Source: a virus (taxonomy: Duplodnaviria; Caudoviricetes). From it: a stretch of 64,000 nucleotides of DNA. This document shows, one piece after another, positions 8,491-15,957 of the stretch. A program made the translations under genes and the position numbers. Location: positions 288,001 through 352,000 of IMG/VR virus record IMGVR_UViG_3300037313_001869; one strand, 5' to 3'. Below the pieces are notes generated by a model. That model made no database searches and was not told the origin of the DNA. It saw only the letters and a list, made by a program, of their open reading frames with translations. The stretch's first letter is position 1. Every line of letters begins with the position of its first letter.

Positions 8491-8754
8491 TTATGACTTC
8501 TGCTTCTCGAACTTGATGCTGGCGTACGTCCCGAGGAAGCCGCCCACGGCGGCTGCCAGAAGGGTCCTCTTGTCGTGCATGACGAGGAGCATGTTCGTGC
8601 CCGCGAGGAGCACGATGCCCGACGAGATGAGCGAGGCCCGTACGGCCTTCTTCTCGGCGGTGGCGATGATGTACGCGGCCCAGGCCGCATCGACCACGAT
8701 TGCCACCGCGAACGCCAGAGCGAACGGCCAAGAAGACTCTACCCAACCAGGCAT
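8491..8754 (-). CDS. small membrane protein
   Basis: Three hydrophobic segments. Confidence 0.75.
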   Translation of the reverse strand: MPGWVESSWPFALAFAVAIVVDAAWAAYIIATAEKKAVRASLISSGIVLLAGTNMLLVMHDKRTLLAAAVGGFLGTYASIKFEKQKS

Positions 8755-8783
8755 CCCCCAAAGCTACCACGAACCTGAGGTAG

Positions 8784-8866
8784 GGCTCGACAATGAAGGT
8801 GAGAGACCTTGGCCTAGGCGTTACCCCAGGTACCCTAACAGGTGGAGTCCCTCTTGCATTCGAGCC
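8784..8866 (-). ncRNA. Y-RNA-like ncRNA Y6 (short)
   Basis: Stem GGCTCGA-ATG / TTG-TCGAGCC; GGACTCCAC motif. Confidence 0.7.
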
Positions 8867-8868
8867 AG

Positions 8869-8940
8869 GCGCGGAGGCAGGACTTGAACCTGCAACCTTC
8901 GGGTTATGAGCCCGACAAGCTACCATTGCTCCACTCCGCA
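8869..8940 (-). tRNA. initiator tRNA-fMet(CAT)
   Basis: Loop CTCATAA with three consecutive G:C pairs in the anticodon stem; non-Watson-Crick 1:72. Confidence 0.85.
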
Positions 8941-8941
8941 G

Positions 8942-9013
8942 CGCCTCGTGGGGGTTTCGATCCCCCTTCAGCCCCTTGAAAGGGGGCCATCCTAGCCAGT
9001 AGACGAACGAGGC
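8942..9013 (-). tRNA. tRNA-Glu(TTC)
   Basis: Cloverleaf, loop CTTTCAA; variant T loop. Confidence 0.85.
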
Positions 9014-9358
9014 TCAGGTCTTCGGCCGGCGCCGCTCGAACTCCCGGATCTTGTGGCAGTTCGAGCAGACCAGCTCGCACTTTTCGATCTCTTCGACCAG
9101 AGCCTCCAAGGACGGGGCCGCGTAGGCGTCACCGACGTTGAAGAGCTTGGTCGAGGGGTCGACGTGGTCGAACTCCAGAACGTACACCGGCCACTGGTAC
9201 TCGCAGTCGGTGCAGAAGGGGTTCTCCCTCTTCAAGGTCTGGACGAACTCCCGGACCGCCTCGACCAGCTCGTCCTTGCGAAAGGGCCGCGTCGAGGCTC
9301 GAAGGAACTTCCGACCTTGGAGGGTGTTACCTCGGCCGGGGCGTCGCTTGCGCTGCAC
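9014..9358 (-). CDS. HNH-like endonuclease
   Basis: CTDC...LEFDHVDP...KCELVCSNCHKIR; start uncertain. Confidence 0.8.
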   Translation of the reverse strand: MQRKRRPGRGNTLQGRKFLRASTRPFRKDELVEAVREFVQTLKRENPFCTDCEYQWPVYVLEFDHVDPSTKLFNVGDAYAAPSLEALVEEIEKCELVCSNCHKIREFERRRPKT

Positions 9359-9381
9359 ACCCAAGCCGGACGATAAGAGAA

Positions 9382-9446
9382 GGAGCGACAAGCCGTTTGC
9401 CTAGAGAGACGTTTGTAGAGGTGTACTCCAGGCTTTCATTCGCTCC
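9382..9446 (-). ncRNA. Y-RNA-like ncRNA Y7 (minimal)
   Basis: Stem GGAGCGA-ATG / TTG-TCGCTCC; GGAGTACAC motif. Confidence 0.68.
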
Positions 9447-9448
9447 AG

Positions 9449-9523
9449 CGATCCCAGCGGGATTTGAACCCGCGTTGTCCGCGTGAGAGGCGGGCGTCCT
9501 AGACCGGGCTAGACGATGGGACC
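9449..9523 (-). tRNA. tRNA-Glu(CTC)
   Basis: Cloverleaf, loop CTCTCAC. Confidence 0.9.
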
Positions 9524-9700
9524 AAGATACCCCGGCGGGCTTTTACCTCCGCCAGGGCGGCACAAGCTCGAAGCGGTCACTTCGAGGGTCCTCCCCGCTA
9601 GGGGCGTGCTTTGGACCTAGGAGCAGGGTTGTAACACCCGCTCACGAAGACGCAAGAAAAAAGCCCGTGGGCGACTCTCAGGGGTCTTCGTCTAGGGAAA

Positions 9701-9767
9701 GGATCGACAAGGGGACGGGCAAGACCGGTACTTTTTCATGGTGTAGTCCTGACCCAACATTCGATCC
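9701..9767 (-). ncRNA. Y-RNA-like ncRNA Y8 (minimal)
   Basis: Stem GGATCGA-ATG / TTG-TCGATCC; GGACTACAC motif. Confidence 0.7.
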
Positions 9768-9844
9768 GGTTGCGGGCACGGGGAATCGAACCCCGCTGTC
9801 TCCGGCGTATGAAACCGGCGTAGAAGCCGCTTTACTCGCCCGCA
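9767..9844 (-). tRNA. tRNA(CAT), Met or Ile2
   Basis: Loop TTCATAC; atypical D arm. Confidence 0.8.
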
Positions 9845-9845
9845 G

Positions 9846-9914
9846 CACGTCCAGAAGGAATCGAACCCTCGCCGCCGGAGTTGGAAACCGGTTGGTCACC
9901 TTGACCTTGGACGT
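9846..9914 (-). tRNA. tRNA-Trp(CCA), short D loop
   Basis: Best-paired anticodon stem gives loop TTCCAAC, G73; Gly(TCC) reading pairs worse. Confidence 0.65.
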
Positions 9915-9962
9915 AGATGCCCTCCGAGACCCAAGGTACAGAACCAGAAGTCCCGGAAGGAG

Positions 9963-10046
9963 TGGGCCGCCAGGGAATCGAACCCTGCTAGTCCGCGAAG
10001 GACGACACGTTTACAGCGTGTTTGAGCTTCCAAGCTCCCGCGACCC
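9963..10046 (-). tRNA. tRNA-Tyr(GTA)
   Basis: Loop CTGTAAA, long variable arm. Confidence 0.87.
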
Positions 10047-10093
10047 GAATGACCCCCTTGCGGGGGTGGAGTTGAATCGGCCCCCTTGGGGAC

Positions 10094-10169
10094 CGGAGCT
10101 GGCGATGGGAGTCGAACCCACCTGGTCCTCTTTACGAAAGAGGTGCGCTCCCACGAGTGCTACACCAGC
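10094..10169 (-). tRNA. tRNA-Thr(CGT)
   Basis: Cloverleaf, loop TTCGTAA. Confidence 0.88.
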
Positions 10170-10224
10170 ATTCACCGGGGCTGCAACCCCGGGCCATCGT
10201 ACCGTTGCAGCAGTACGACAGCAG

Positions 10225-10296
10225 AGCCCCGTCCCGGAATCGAACCGAGTTTTCCGCGTTACAAAGGCGGCGCCTCACCATTTAGGCGTAAGGGGC
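10225..10296 (-). tRNA. tRNA-Thr(TGT)
   Basis: Cloverleaf, loop TTTGTAA. Confidence 0.85.
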
Positions 10297-10391
10297 AATC
10301 AGCTCCCGTAAGGGAGCGGCCCTGCGCCCGAAGGAGCAGGGGGTGAGAAGTCAGCACCAGTCCCTAACTTCATGAAGGACCGAATGCCTAG

Positions 10392-10464
10392 CTCCGAGGG
10401 AGGGAGTCGAACCCCCGCTGACAGAAGTTAACAGCTTCTCGCTCTACCGCTGAGCTACCCCGGA
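10392..10464 (-). tRNA. tRNA-Asn(GTT)
   Basis: Cloverleaf, loop CTGTTAA. Confidence 0.9.
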
Positions 10465-10687
10465 ATGACTGTAAAGAACACTGACCGGTCGACCACTTGG
10501 GGAGGTCGGGACGGTCGGGGACGTACACGAGCGCCTCGTCGTCGGGCAGCTCCTCGATGAGCACGTCATCGAAGGGCACGCCGAACGCCGTAGCATACTT
10601 CCGCCGCAGCTTCGCGGCTTCGGTTCGGCAGTTGGCGCTCACCCCCCTCCTAGACACCGGAGGGGGCGGGACTCTGACAGAGATTTT

Positions 10688-10903
10688 TCAGGCGTCGCCA
10701 CGGGCCGCGCCAGGAAAGCGCAGAGCGTGGGAGTGCTTGGCGAACTTCTCGCCGAAGAGGGTCTTGATCATCCAGTAGTCCTCGGCCCTCTCGGCCGCCT
10801 CGCACTCGGGGCAGCCCTTCATATGCTCGACGTGGGCAAGGATCTCCTCGTCCGAAGAGGTGGCAGTCGGGGCGGGGTAGGTGCAGGGAGCGATGGTCTT
10901 CAT
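10688..10903 (-). CDS. small hypothetical protein (HxxxCxxC)
   Basis: ORF; HMKGCPEC possible Zn site. Confidence 0.6.
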   Translation of the reverse strand: MKTIAPCTYPAPTATSSDEEILAHVEHMKGCPECEAAERAEDYWMIKTLFGEKFAKHSHALRFPGAARGDA

Positions 10904-10964
10904 GCCCCATCAGTCGCAAGAACCCCCGCCGAGATTACACCCCTCGGTCGATTTTTCTCTGCCG

Positions 10965-11041
10965 TGGCTGTGGGGGTAGGAGTCGAACCTACGGAATCGC
11001 GGTTAACAGCCGCGCCGATGTACCGGCACATCAGCCCCACA
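10965..11041 (-). tRNA. tRNA-Asn(GTT), second copy
   Basis: Loop CTGTTAA, GCCA end; atypical D arm. Confidence 0.85.
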
Positions 11042-11311
11042 AAAAGAGAGGCTCGCCCCCGCCTCACGGCGGAGACAAGCGCCCTCCCGGACCCGGTGTT
11101 ACCCAGGCCCTTCTTTCTTGTAAACCATGCAGGGGAGGTGCGTGCTCCTGCCTGTCTCGCCCGCTGGAGCCCCCAGTAGAGTCGGGGTCGATCACCGCAA
11201 CGAGACGTTTCGGCCCTAACCCCCCAAACGGGGAGCGTCGGTGGCCGTGGCAAGCCGTCCTAGCCCTGTCAGATTGTCAAAGGTCAGTCCCCGCGCCCGA
11301 AGGAGGGGGAG

Positions 11312-11387
11312 TGGAACCAGGAGCACGACTCGAACGCGCCTTCCGAGGGTCAGAACCTCGTGTCTTTGCCGGATAGACGATCCTGGT
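11312..11387 (-). tRNA. tRNA-Gln(CTG), second copy
   Basis: Loop TTCTGAC, CCA. Confidence 0.85.
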
Positions 11388-11402
11388 AGATGCAAACGCT
11401 GA

Positions 11403-11477
11403 TGGTCGGGGGCACGGGAATCGAACCCGCCTCTCTCAGGTTAAGAGCCTGCTGCGTCACCTTGACGCCAACCCCCA
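11403..11477 (-). tRNA. tRNA-Lys(CTT), second copy
   Basis: Loop CTCTTAA, ACCA; short D loop. Confidence 0.85.
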
Positions 11478-11484
11478 ATAGGGT

Positions 11485-11559
11485 CGGTGGGACGCACCAG
11501 AATCGAACTGGCCCCTTGAGGATTAAAAGTCCCCTGCACCACCTTGGTGCTAACGTCCC
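11485..11559 (-). tRNA. tRNA-Lys(TTT)
   Basis: Loop CTTTTAA; short D loop. Confidence 0.85.
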
Positions 11560-11746
11560 GTCCTTTCGTAGCCCGCCTTCGCGGGCTTGCGCTTCTGTTT
11601 ACGTTTCATGGCGAGGCTTCCTGACGAAGGTTTTTGCAGGAGTTTCGAGCACTTACGGAAGATACACGTCTCCCGTGGCGCGCAGACGCGCGCAGACAAC
11701 ACCGCTAGCGGACGGGGTTTTTCTCGGCGTAAACCCCTAGAACGCC

Positions 11747-11995
11747 GAAGGCCGCCTCTGGTCGGAACCAGGGCGGCCTTCGCGAGCGAGATCAGGTCTC
11801 TCGTCTCTCTCGGCCGCCCTAGTTACCCACCTCCGGGTTGGCATGATTCGAGGTGGGATACGAGGGCGTCTGAATCTGGGCAAAACCGGCAAGGAGGACG
11901 CGCTTCTCTTCCCCGGCGCTCAGAACGCACCAATCCGCCTTCGCCATCGAGGCGACCAGGGCGGTTTTGGTGGAGAGCGAGAGGGTTGAGGACAC
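11747..11995 (-). promoter_or_regulatory. candidate attenuator: 58-aa leader ORF (11995-11819) plus alternative hairpins
   Basis: GGAG SD before GTG; segment 11770-11781 can pair with 11747-11757 or with 11812-11820. Confidence 0.6.
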
Positions 11996-12153
11996 GTAGA
12001 CTCCGAAGAAGGGTTCTGCTGCTGCTCAGGACCACCTAACACCGGGTCGCGAGACCAGCAAGAACTTTCTTACCGGTGGGTGCGAAGGGTAGGCTAAGGT
12101 AAGGCTCGCTAAGCGGGACTTACTCGTCCTGTAGAGACCGAAATATAGAAACT

Positions 12154-12819
12154 TTACGCAACCTGATTTGCAAGTCGCACGGGGCCGAGGAAGGTGCCGT
12201 TGAACTCGTCTGCCATGGCCCCCTCTCCGAGCAGGCCGGCCGTGCAGAACCCCACCTGAAAGAGGGTCGATGCAAAAGGAGTCCACGCGGACGTGGGCGG
12301 AGAGGCCCAGCTCTGAAGGACCCCGTTGACCTCCAGGGTGGCGTACTGGTTACCGGACACAGGCGCGGTCGCGTTCCACCGGAGCCGGATCTGGTAGCTG
12401 TAGCCCTCGTCCATGGCGTCGCCGCTTGGAGTGCTCAGCCCCACGGTTACGCCCCCGGCGTCCACGATCATCACATAGGGACGGTTGCTCGTGTCGAGCA
12501 GCAGAAGGATGAAGCCGAGTGGGGCGTCGGGATCGTTCAGAAGGGAGGCAAGGGCCATGTCCGTCCCGGGCGTACCCGTGGTGATGGTCATGTCGAGCGT
12601 GCCCTTGGTCGCCACGTAGTTGGCGGGCAGGGGGGCGTGCCCCGACGAACGAGCGAGGGCAATGAGCCCAGGCACCGGACGGTTCACGACGAGCGTGCCC
12701 CAGGTCGGACCCCCCGGCGTCGACTCGCCAGTCTGGTGAACATCGACGATCAAACCGCTCGGAGCATGGAAGAAGGTAGGGGTCGCCACAGGACACGAGA
12801 TCCAAAAGAGCTTTAGCAA
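12154..12819 (-). CDS. hypothetical beta-rich protein
   Basis: Long ORF rich in T/G/P; start uncertain. Confidence 0.6.
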   Translation of the reverse strand: MLKLFWISCPVATPTFFHAPSGLIVDVHQTGESTPGGPTWGTLVVNRPVPGLIALARSSGHAPLPANYVATKGTLDMTITTGTPGTDMALASLLNDPDAPLGFILLLLDTSNRPYVMIVDAGGVTVGLSTPSGDAMDEGYSYQIRLRWNATAPVSGNQYATLEVNGVLQSWASPPTSAWTPFASTLFQVGFCTAGLLGEGAMADEFNGTFLGPVRLANQVA

Positions 12820-12844
12820 AAGCTCTTTTGCGTCGCGGTCTTAC

Positions 12845-13465
12845 ATGAACGAGCCCACGACAGCCCAGGTCGAGACCATGCTGAGGACGGCGTCCGACGC
12901 CGCCGGGACGGGCGGGCCCGTCTTCCGGTCGCAGGTCTTCGGCAACCCCTGGGACCGGTTCGTCGAGTCTTGGACGCCCCGGATCTACCGCTTCGTTGCC
13001 GAGGCCCTCGGGCCCTACGGTACCCGCCCGCTGCCCGACATTCTCCCGCTCGCCGAGGGGATGCACGCAGCCGGGGCCACGGCGAGCTTCGACATGCGCT
13101 CGGGTCAGGTGCGGCTCGCCACCTCGACCGAGGGCAACCCGGGCCAGATCCTCGAAAAGCTCTGCCACGAGTTCACCCACGGCGCCCTCGCGAACTTCCC
13201 CGAGGGAGATCCTTTCTACGAAGAGGGGTTCGTCGACTACTCGGTCTGGGTGATGGCGCACGCGCCCATGTGGGGGCAGTTTCGTCAGGCCATGATCGAC
13301 GCGGCGTCCTTCAACATCAAGATGCGCCGCGAGCGGGCTCTCGTCACCCAGACCGACTACGATCGAAAGAGGTGGGCCGGCGGGCTCTACGCCTCGATCG
13401 CCTACGGCCCCATGATCATCGCTCGCCTCCGCAACAAGAAGCTCTCCGAGGACCTGACGTGGTAG
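12845..13465 (+). CDS. putative zinc metallopeptidase-like protein
   Basis: HEFTH...EEG (HExxH). Confidence 0.7.
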   Translation: MNEPTTAQVETMLRTASDAAGTGGPVFRSQVFGNPWDRFVESWTPRIYRFVAEALGPYGTRPLPDILPLAEGMHAAGATASFDMRSGQVRLATSTEGNPGQILEKLCHEFTHGALANFPEGDPFYEEGFVDYSVWVMAHAPMWGQFRQAMIDAASFNIKMRRERALVTQTDYDRKRWAGGLYASIAYGPMIIARLRNKKLSEDLTW

Positions 13466-13722
13466 CCGAAGGGTGGTTCGTCTACATCCTCGACAGCCCC
13501 AACGGCAAGGGGTTCTACACGGGGATGACGAACAACCCCGAGCGCCGGCTCGCCCAGCACAACGCCGGCAAGGGGGCCCGCTTCACCCGAGGCACGGGCC
13601 CCTGGCGGATCGTCTACCTCGAACCTGCGGCCTCGAAGTCCGACGCCCTGCGACGGGAGGCGGCCATCAAGCGCCTCACCCGGGCCGGCAAGAAGTCCCT
13701 CATCGCCAGGTACCAACCATGA
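13459..13722 (+). CDS. GIY-YIG nuclease (YhbQ-like)
   Basis: FVYIL...FYTGMTNNPERRLAQHNAGKGARFT...ALRREAAIK. Confidence 0.92.
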   Translation: MVAEGWFVYILDSPNGKGFYTGMTNNPERRLAQHNAGKGARFTRGTGPWRIVYLEPAASKSDALRREAAIKRLTRAGKKSLIARYQP

Positions 13723-14432
13723 CCGACCCGCTCGCCCTCCGCGTCGCTCGACTCTTTCTCGCTCGCACGGTCCCGATCGACAAGCCGGCCATCAAGCGCC
13801 TGGCCGAGAGCCTGGCCGAGGGGCTCAAGAAGGAGCTGGGCAAGATGAGCCCCGACGAGCCGGTGGGCGACGACATCCTCGTGCCGGAGACCTTCCGCCT
13901 GCGGAAGGTGGTGGGGGGCGAGATCCTGATCCGGGTCACCCTGATGACGGAACCGAGCCCGAGCGGAAACCTCGTCACCGACAGCGTCTACACGATCAAC
14001 GAGAGGGGCAACCTGCTCGGCGTCACCGTCAACGGCCGGGGGTCGGTCAAGGCGATGCTCCTTGCGATCCGGACCGGGATGCTTGCGGGCGAGGTCTATA
14101 CCGCCCTCCTCCATGAGCTGACCCATGCCGCCGACAAGATCCACGGCGTGCAGGATGAAGAGGCGATGCGCTCAGACCCCCGGCTCTACTACAACCAGCC
14201 GGGCGAGGTTCGGGCCTACACCCAGGAGATCGTCGAGCAAGCGCTCGAAGCCGCCCGGCAGCTTGTCAAGAACCCGGCCAAGCGGACCCCCAAGCTCGCC
14301 CAGACGGCGCTGATGGTGAGCGAGACGTGGGGCAAGATCAAAAAGTACCTCTCGCCCCAGAACGCCCAGAAGATCATGAAGACGGTCTACCAGGTGCTCG
14401 ACCGCGAAGGGCTGCTTTCGCCCGAGGTCTGA
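13719..14432 (+). CDS. HExxH protein with N-terminal RVARLFL motif
   Basis: HELTH...YYNQPGEVRAY; ATGA overlap with upstream gene. Confidence 0.75.
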   Translation: MTDPLALRVARLFLARTVPIDKPAIKRLAESLAEGLKKELGKMSPDEPVGDDILVPETFRLRKVVGGEILIRVTLMTEPSPSGNLVTDSVYTINERGNLLGVTVNGRGSVKAMLLAIRTGMLAGEVYTALLHELTHAADKIHGVQDEEAMRSDPRLYYNQPGEVRAYTQEIVEQALEAARQLVKNPAKRTPKLAQTALMVSETWGKIKKYLSPQNAQKIMKTVYQVLDREGLLSPEV

Positions 14433-14557
14433 GCCCTCGACCGATTTCTGGAAAAAAGGCCGGCCCTCATCCGTTGTCAGAACCACGGGGGCTGACGGCT
14501 CCCACGAGCAGAGACGACAGGGCGAAGCGGCAGGGCGCCTCAGCGAAGTCCCCCGCA

Positions 14558-14730
14558 GCTACCCAGGTGGGCAGCCCCCAGAAAGGTGCGACATACGATG
14601 GATTAGACGACGCGGGTGGTCCCCGCCGGCAAGACGGTCCCCAGCAAGAGCAACCCAGATTGGGCAACGCCCGGAAAGGCGAAACACACGATGGATTAGA
14701 GGATGCGGGTGGCCCCCGCGAGAAGATCGA
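14558..14730 (+). repeat. two degenerate tandem units (93-nt period) in a non-coding stretch
   Basis: ACGATGGATTAGA at 14595 and 14688, with shared ACCCAG..TGGGCA, GAAAGG and GCGGGTGG.CCCCGC blocks. Confidence 0.75.
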
Positions 14731-14809
14731 ACGGGTGTGGTGAGCAACCCCGGAAGGCTCACCGAACGGCGCGAAGGAGGCATGACCCTCCTCTCGGGCC
14801 GTTCGTGCT

Positions 14810-15112
14810 TCAGCCGACCCGATCGAAGCGGTTACCCGGGCTCGGGTTCGGTGGCGGAAAGATGCGCGTCGCCGGCCCCTTCACATGCAGCTCATAGACC
14901 TCGTACCCCCGGATGAGGCCCTCCCGAACCCGAAGCACCGTGACGGTTGAAACACACCCCCGCAGAGGCTCCCGGGTCCCATCCTGGGAAACGGAATACA
15001 CATCGCCGTCCACGATCGCCAGGCCCCCGTTGGGGGCGCGGAGAATCCCGTTCCAGAAGAAGAGGTCTTCGGTCAGAGTCGGGTCATCCGGGGTCTCCAT
15101 CGTCGTCTCCAA
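14810..15112 (-). CDS. hypothetical protein (C-terminal NRFDRVG)
   Basis: ORF coupled to the MTase gene. Confidence 0.7.
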   Translation of the reverse strand: METTMETPDDPTLTEDLFFWNGILRAPNGGLAIVDGDVYSVSQDGTREPLRGCVSTVTVLRVREGLIRGYEVYELHVKGPATRIFPPPNPSPGNRFDRVG

Positions 15113-15935
15113 GCTGCTCGATGAGCCGACCGATATCGGTCCGGTCGTCAGCCTGAATCCTTGACACCGTCTTCTCGAACGTCTCTGGGTCTTGCTCGAC
15201 GATCACGAACCGCCGGCCGTGCTTGCGAGCGGCGAAGGCAGCCGTTCCCGACCCGGCGAACGGGTCGAGCACCCACTCGCCCCGCTCGGTATGGGCGAGG
15301 ATCGGGATCTCGTAGAGCTTCTCGGGCTTCTGGTTGACGTGGACCTTGCCCCGGAGGATCTCGGTCACGTCCGTCCAGACCGTCGTGCGCCGGAGGTACT
15401 CGCTCTTCGCCGGGTATTTGGCGTTGTAACCGGCATACCCCCGCTTCTCGTCGAGCAAAGGGACCTCGAAGCGCCGGGGCTTCTTCGCGTCCCCAAGCAC
15501 AAGGTAGGCGACCTCTTCCCGAGCAAAGAGGTAGCTCCACTGGATGCCGTAGCCACGCTTCTTCGCCCAGGTGATCGGGGCGGGGAGCGAGTAGGGCGTA
15601 TGGTTCTCTACGTCGGCGAGGTACCGGAAGTAGGGACGGAAGGACCTGCGCCCCTCCTCCTTCATCCGGCCCACGCCGCCCCAGACGTAGAGGGCCGCGC
15701 CGGGGAGGCTCAGCCGGGCGATATCGTTGGTCCAGCCGAACATCCAGCGAGCGAACTGGTGGTCATCGCCCCGGACTCGATCCCACTCCTCGCCCACGAT
15801 GTTGCCGTAGGGCGGGTCGGCGATGACGAGAGGCAGGGGGCCGGCGTGACGCGAAATGGCTTCGAGGACGGCGGGGTCCGGGAACGAGCCCAGGATCGCA
15901 ACGCCGTCCTCGAAGAGAACTTCCCGGACGGTCAT
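15084..15935 (-). CDS. N6-adenine/N4-cytosine DNA methyltransferase, beta class
   Basis: DPPY, HVNQKP, VLDPFAGSGT. Confidence 0.93.
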   Translation of the reverse strand: MTVREVLFEDGVAILGSFPDPAVLEAISRHAGPLPLVIADPPYGNIVGEEWDRVRGDDHQFARWMFGWTNDIARLSLPGAALYVWGGVGRMKEEGRRSFRPYFRYLADVENHTPYSLPAPITWAKKRGYGIQWSYLFAREEVAYLVLGDAKKPRRFEVPLLDEKRGYAGYNAKYPAKSEYLRRTTVWTDVTEILRGKVHVNQKPEKLYEIPILAHTERGEWVLDPFAGSGTAAFAARKHGRRFVIVEQDPETFEKTVSRIQADDRTDIGRLIEQLGDDDGDPG

Positions 15936-15957
15936 GGCCCGGGAGGCTAGCACACCC

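Noticed and set aside
11190-11275. Hammerhead-like CTGA...GAAAC on the minus strand
   Set aside because: The CUGANGA core is not matched and the three stems could not be built
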